Shown: positions 61,803 through 64,000 of the stretch, in pieces
How the letters are laid out: each line of letters begins with the position of its first letter
How positions within the stretch are numbered: the first letter of the stretch is position 1
From: Squalus acanthias
Lineage: Eukaryota
DNA length: 64,000 bases
Direction of reading: 5' to 3'
Assembly: GCA_030390025.1 (NCBI GenBank)
Contig: CM059431.1
Span: 138,200,001 to 138,264,000 of the forward strand
The notes under the pieces: model-generated
Databases searched by the model: none
Told to the model about the DNA's origin: nothing
What the model saw: the letters and a program-made list of their open reading frames with translations, nothing else
Program-made: the position numbers and the translations under genes

Positions 61803-63407
61803 AGCATGCATAGATTTGTGACAAGATTATCTGCATACAGTATCTTCTCGCATCGATGAATATCTTTAGTCTGAAATTGTCAGTTGAGGTCCTGTCCTCA
61901 AATGTAATCCAACCATTACAGATAATATCACTCGAACACACGAAATGTGTGGGCAGGAAAAGAACAGCTGCTCCGTGAAGCCTTCCCCACACCACGCTGG
62001 CCGGAGCAGCATCGCCCGTGCCTCCTCCCACCCCGGCAGCCATGTAATCTCCTGGGTGAGGCAGAACAACCAGAGTAAAAAACTCAGCGACAATAAGGAA
62101 AACAAAAGCTATCGATCCCTCTGCGGCCCCCTCCGGCGTTCAATAGCAGTCCAGGAGATCAGATGGAAAATCCCATGTGAACTGATAAGAACTTCCTGCG
62201 CTAATAATTATGGATTGAATTTCCGAGCAGAGGTTGTAAACTACACAACCGCTTATAGAATCATAGAATAGTACAGCACAGAAGGGGGACATTCGGCCCA
62301 TCGAGTCTGCGCCGGACCCTGAATGTATGGATCAGATGTAGATACACTGAACGTAGCTATCAGGTTTCAAACCGGTTATTTTTGCTCAAAATATTTTTTC
62401 TGTAATTTGCTCGTTTCGAGGTTAAACACCGACAGGGACCCGTTAGGCTGACTGGTCTGTTTTTTGTGTTGTAACTTCTATGCATTATATTTCTATATCT
62501 GGTTATTGCTGCAATGTCCTTTGTAAATACAGAAGTAAAGTCTGCTTAAGGTGATGTTTGTTTTTTGGAAATTAGAAGAGAGTGAAATCTGTGTATGTTC
62601 GGCAAACACAAGGAACATGTCCCGTAAGATTATTTTCAACAACTGATTATTCAATTTGCATTTAACACAATGCAGAAGTAAAACTACGTCTTAACATTCA
62701 GCCGAAATAAGACCTTCATTTTTACATTGATGCAATTACGTTTCGTTTTAGTTCAATGAGCAGTGTAACCTCATACAGTAATAATATATATTTGTTGAGT
62801 GCTTTATTGTTATAAATATAGAGAACGGGATGAAAATTAAGTGGGAAGATTTGCGCTATGCTGCACTGAAAAAATTACCTAGGTGTGCTTCGAAATTTAT
62901 TTTGGTTGGTAATTATAGCGAAATTAACGATACAAAAAAGATGCTTGCGATTTCAGGACGAATATCAGGCAGAACAAAGCACTTCATCACCACAGGAAAA
63001 ATACGGTCATCGATTTTGCCCAAATCAATTGCCCCGATTAAATTTCATCACTGAGTAGAAAGTTTCCTTCAGAGGTTTAGTTTGTTAGATTTTTTTAATT
63101 GAATTATTAAAATCCCCAGCTTGTGATTCGTGAAAACGAAGCACTCCTCAATAATCAAAGGAAAGAACCTTGTGAACATTACATGAACGTGTCATGTTGA
63201 TGGGTTCAATCGAAATGAATTGAATTCGTAGAAAATTGTTGGAGATTCGGTGCCAGGATGGTTATCATGTTACACATTTCCATTGCCAGATTATAATACT
63301 ATAAAGAGTATTGTTTATTTACTATTAAGTGAAATGTTGGTATTCTAATGTCTGTGGAACTAGCTTCTTATTCACTAAGGGTCGAGTGTCCAGTCCTTAT
63401 TTGGAAC

Positions 63408-63572
63408 ATGGCAACTTCACTGGGCATAGAAGAAAGCGGCATCAGTCCCAATAATAACCCTCAATCCGGTACAAGGGAAGCCCTGGTGAGACGGGGAGGT
63501 TCCCAGACTCATTCACCAACCAGAAGAGTAAACAGTCCAGGAATTCTTATGGGAAAAGCGAACGCTCTGGGG
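63408..63572 (+). CDS. Probable MS4A-like gene, first coding exon (exon 63380-63572; putative non-coding exon ends 61548; gene continues beyond the window)
   Basis: cactaag|...MATSLGIEESGISPNNNPQSGTREALVRRGGSQTHSPTRRVNSPGILMGKANALG|gtaaga. Gap-free 55-codon match to 49187-49351 (123/165 nt). Confidence 0.58.
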
Positions 63573-63899
63573 GTAAGATGAAAGCATTTATTTTATTCAT
63601 TTATTCCTTCTCAAGTAGATCACAATTTCCATATGCAATATTTTACTTTCACAACGCCTTTGGTAAAATGGGTTCCAGTCGCTATGTTTAGCGACATCAT
63701 CAATTAACTGATGGAGGTTAGTTCCCGTCACTGCTCGTAGCGAAATTTTAAACAACTTCAGCATGATCTCATGTAGAATTTCGCTGGGACTACTAACCGG
63801 AAAATAAGGTCCTGAGTATATTTATGAGCTATAATTTTAAACATTAATTCTGGGGATATGGGCCTCGTTAGCAAGGTCAGCATTTATTTCCCAGACCAT

Positions 63900-64000
63900 G
63901 GCCCAGAAATTAAACACTGAGCGTTCCTGCGGGGGTAAGGCTTCCCCGCGATATCTCACTGCGTGCCTACCTTTTTCCTCCGGGCCCACACGAACTTTAG
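63900..64000 (+). mobile_element. ~760-bp MITE family, copy 4 (cut by the window end)
   Basis: AT|GGCCCAGAAATT...cctgcgggggtaagg...cgcgatatc matches the start of copy 1. Confidence 0.75.

Overview
Repeat-rich vertebrate genomic DNA, most likely cartilaginous fish (shark), judged from the CR1, Penelope, Deu-type SINE and Harbinger content and from the gene families present. No prokaryotic features (CRISPR, operons, rRNA or tRNA genes) were found, and most of the ORF track is retroelement debris or antisense noise. Host genes reconstructed by hand: (1) a + strand NLR gene with a death-fold-like exon, linker exon, NACHT exon and three LRR exons (6244-26915), whose first LRR exon carries a 1-nt frameshift; (2) an intact two-exon GPR139-like GPCR on the - strand (42002-43360); (3) a head-to-head inverted pair of probable MS4A-like genes, one a pseudogene on - (47673-50830) and one on + that runs off the window (61470 onward). 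The most unusual structures are a 228-bp palindromic Penelope insertion with hammerhead-ribozyme motifs on both strands, a 1.42-kb CR1-tail-plus-flank copy inserted between 42-bp direct repeats, a duplicated non-coding block that is more conserved than the neighbouring coding exon, a 1.3-kb solo LTR and a ~760-bp MITE family. I see no wholly new biological system. Coordinates and identities were counted by eye, and boundaries of old repeats are approximate.
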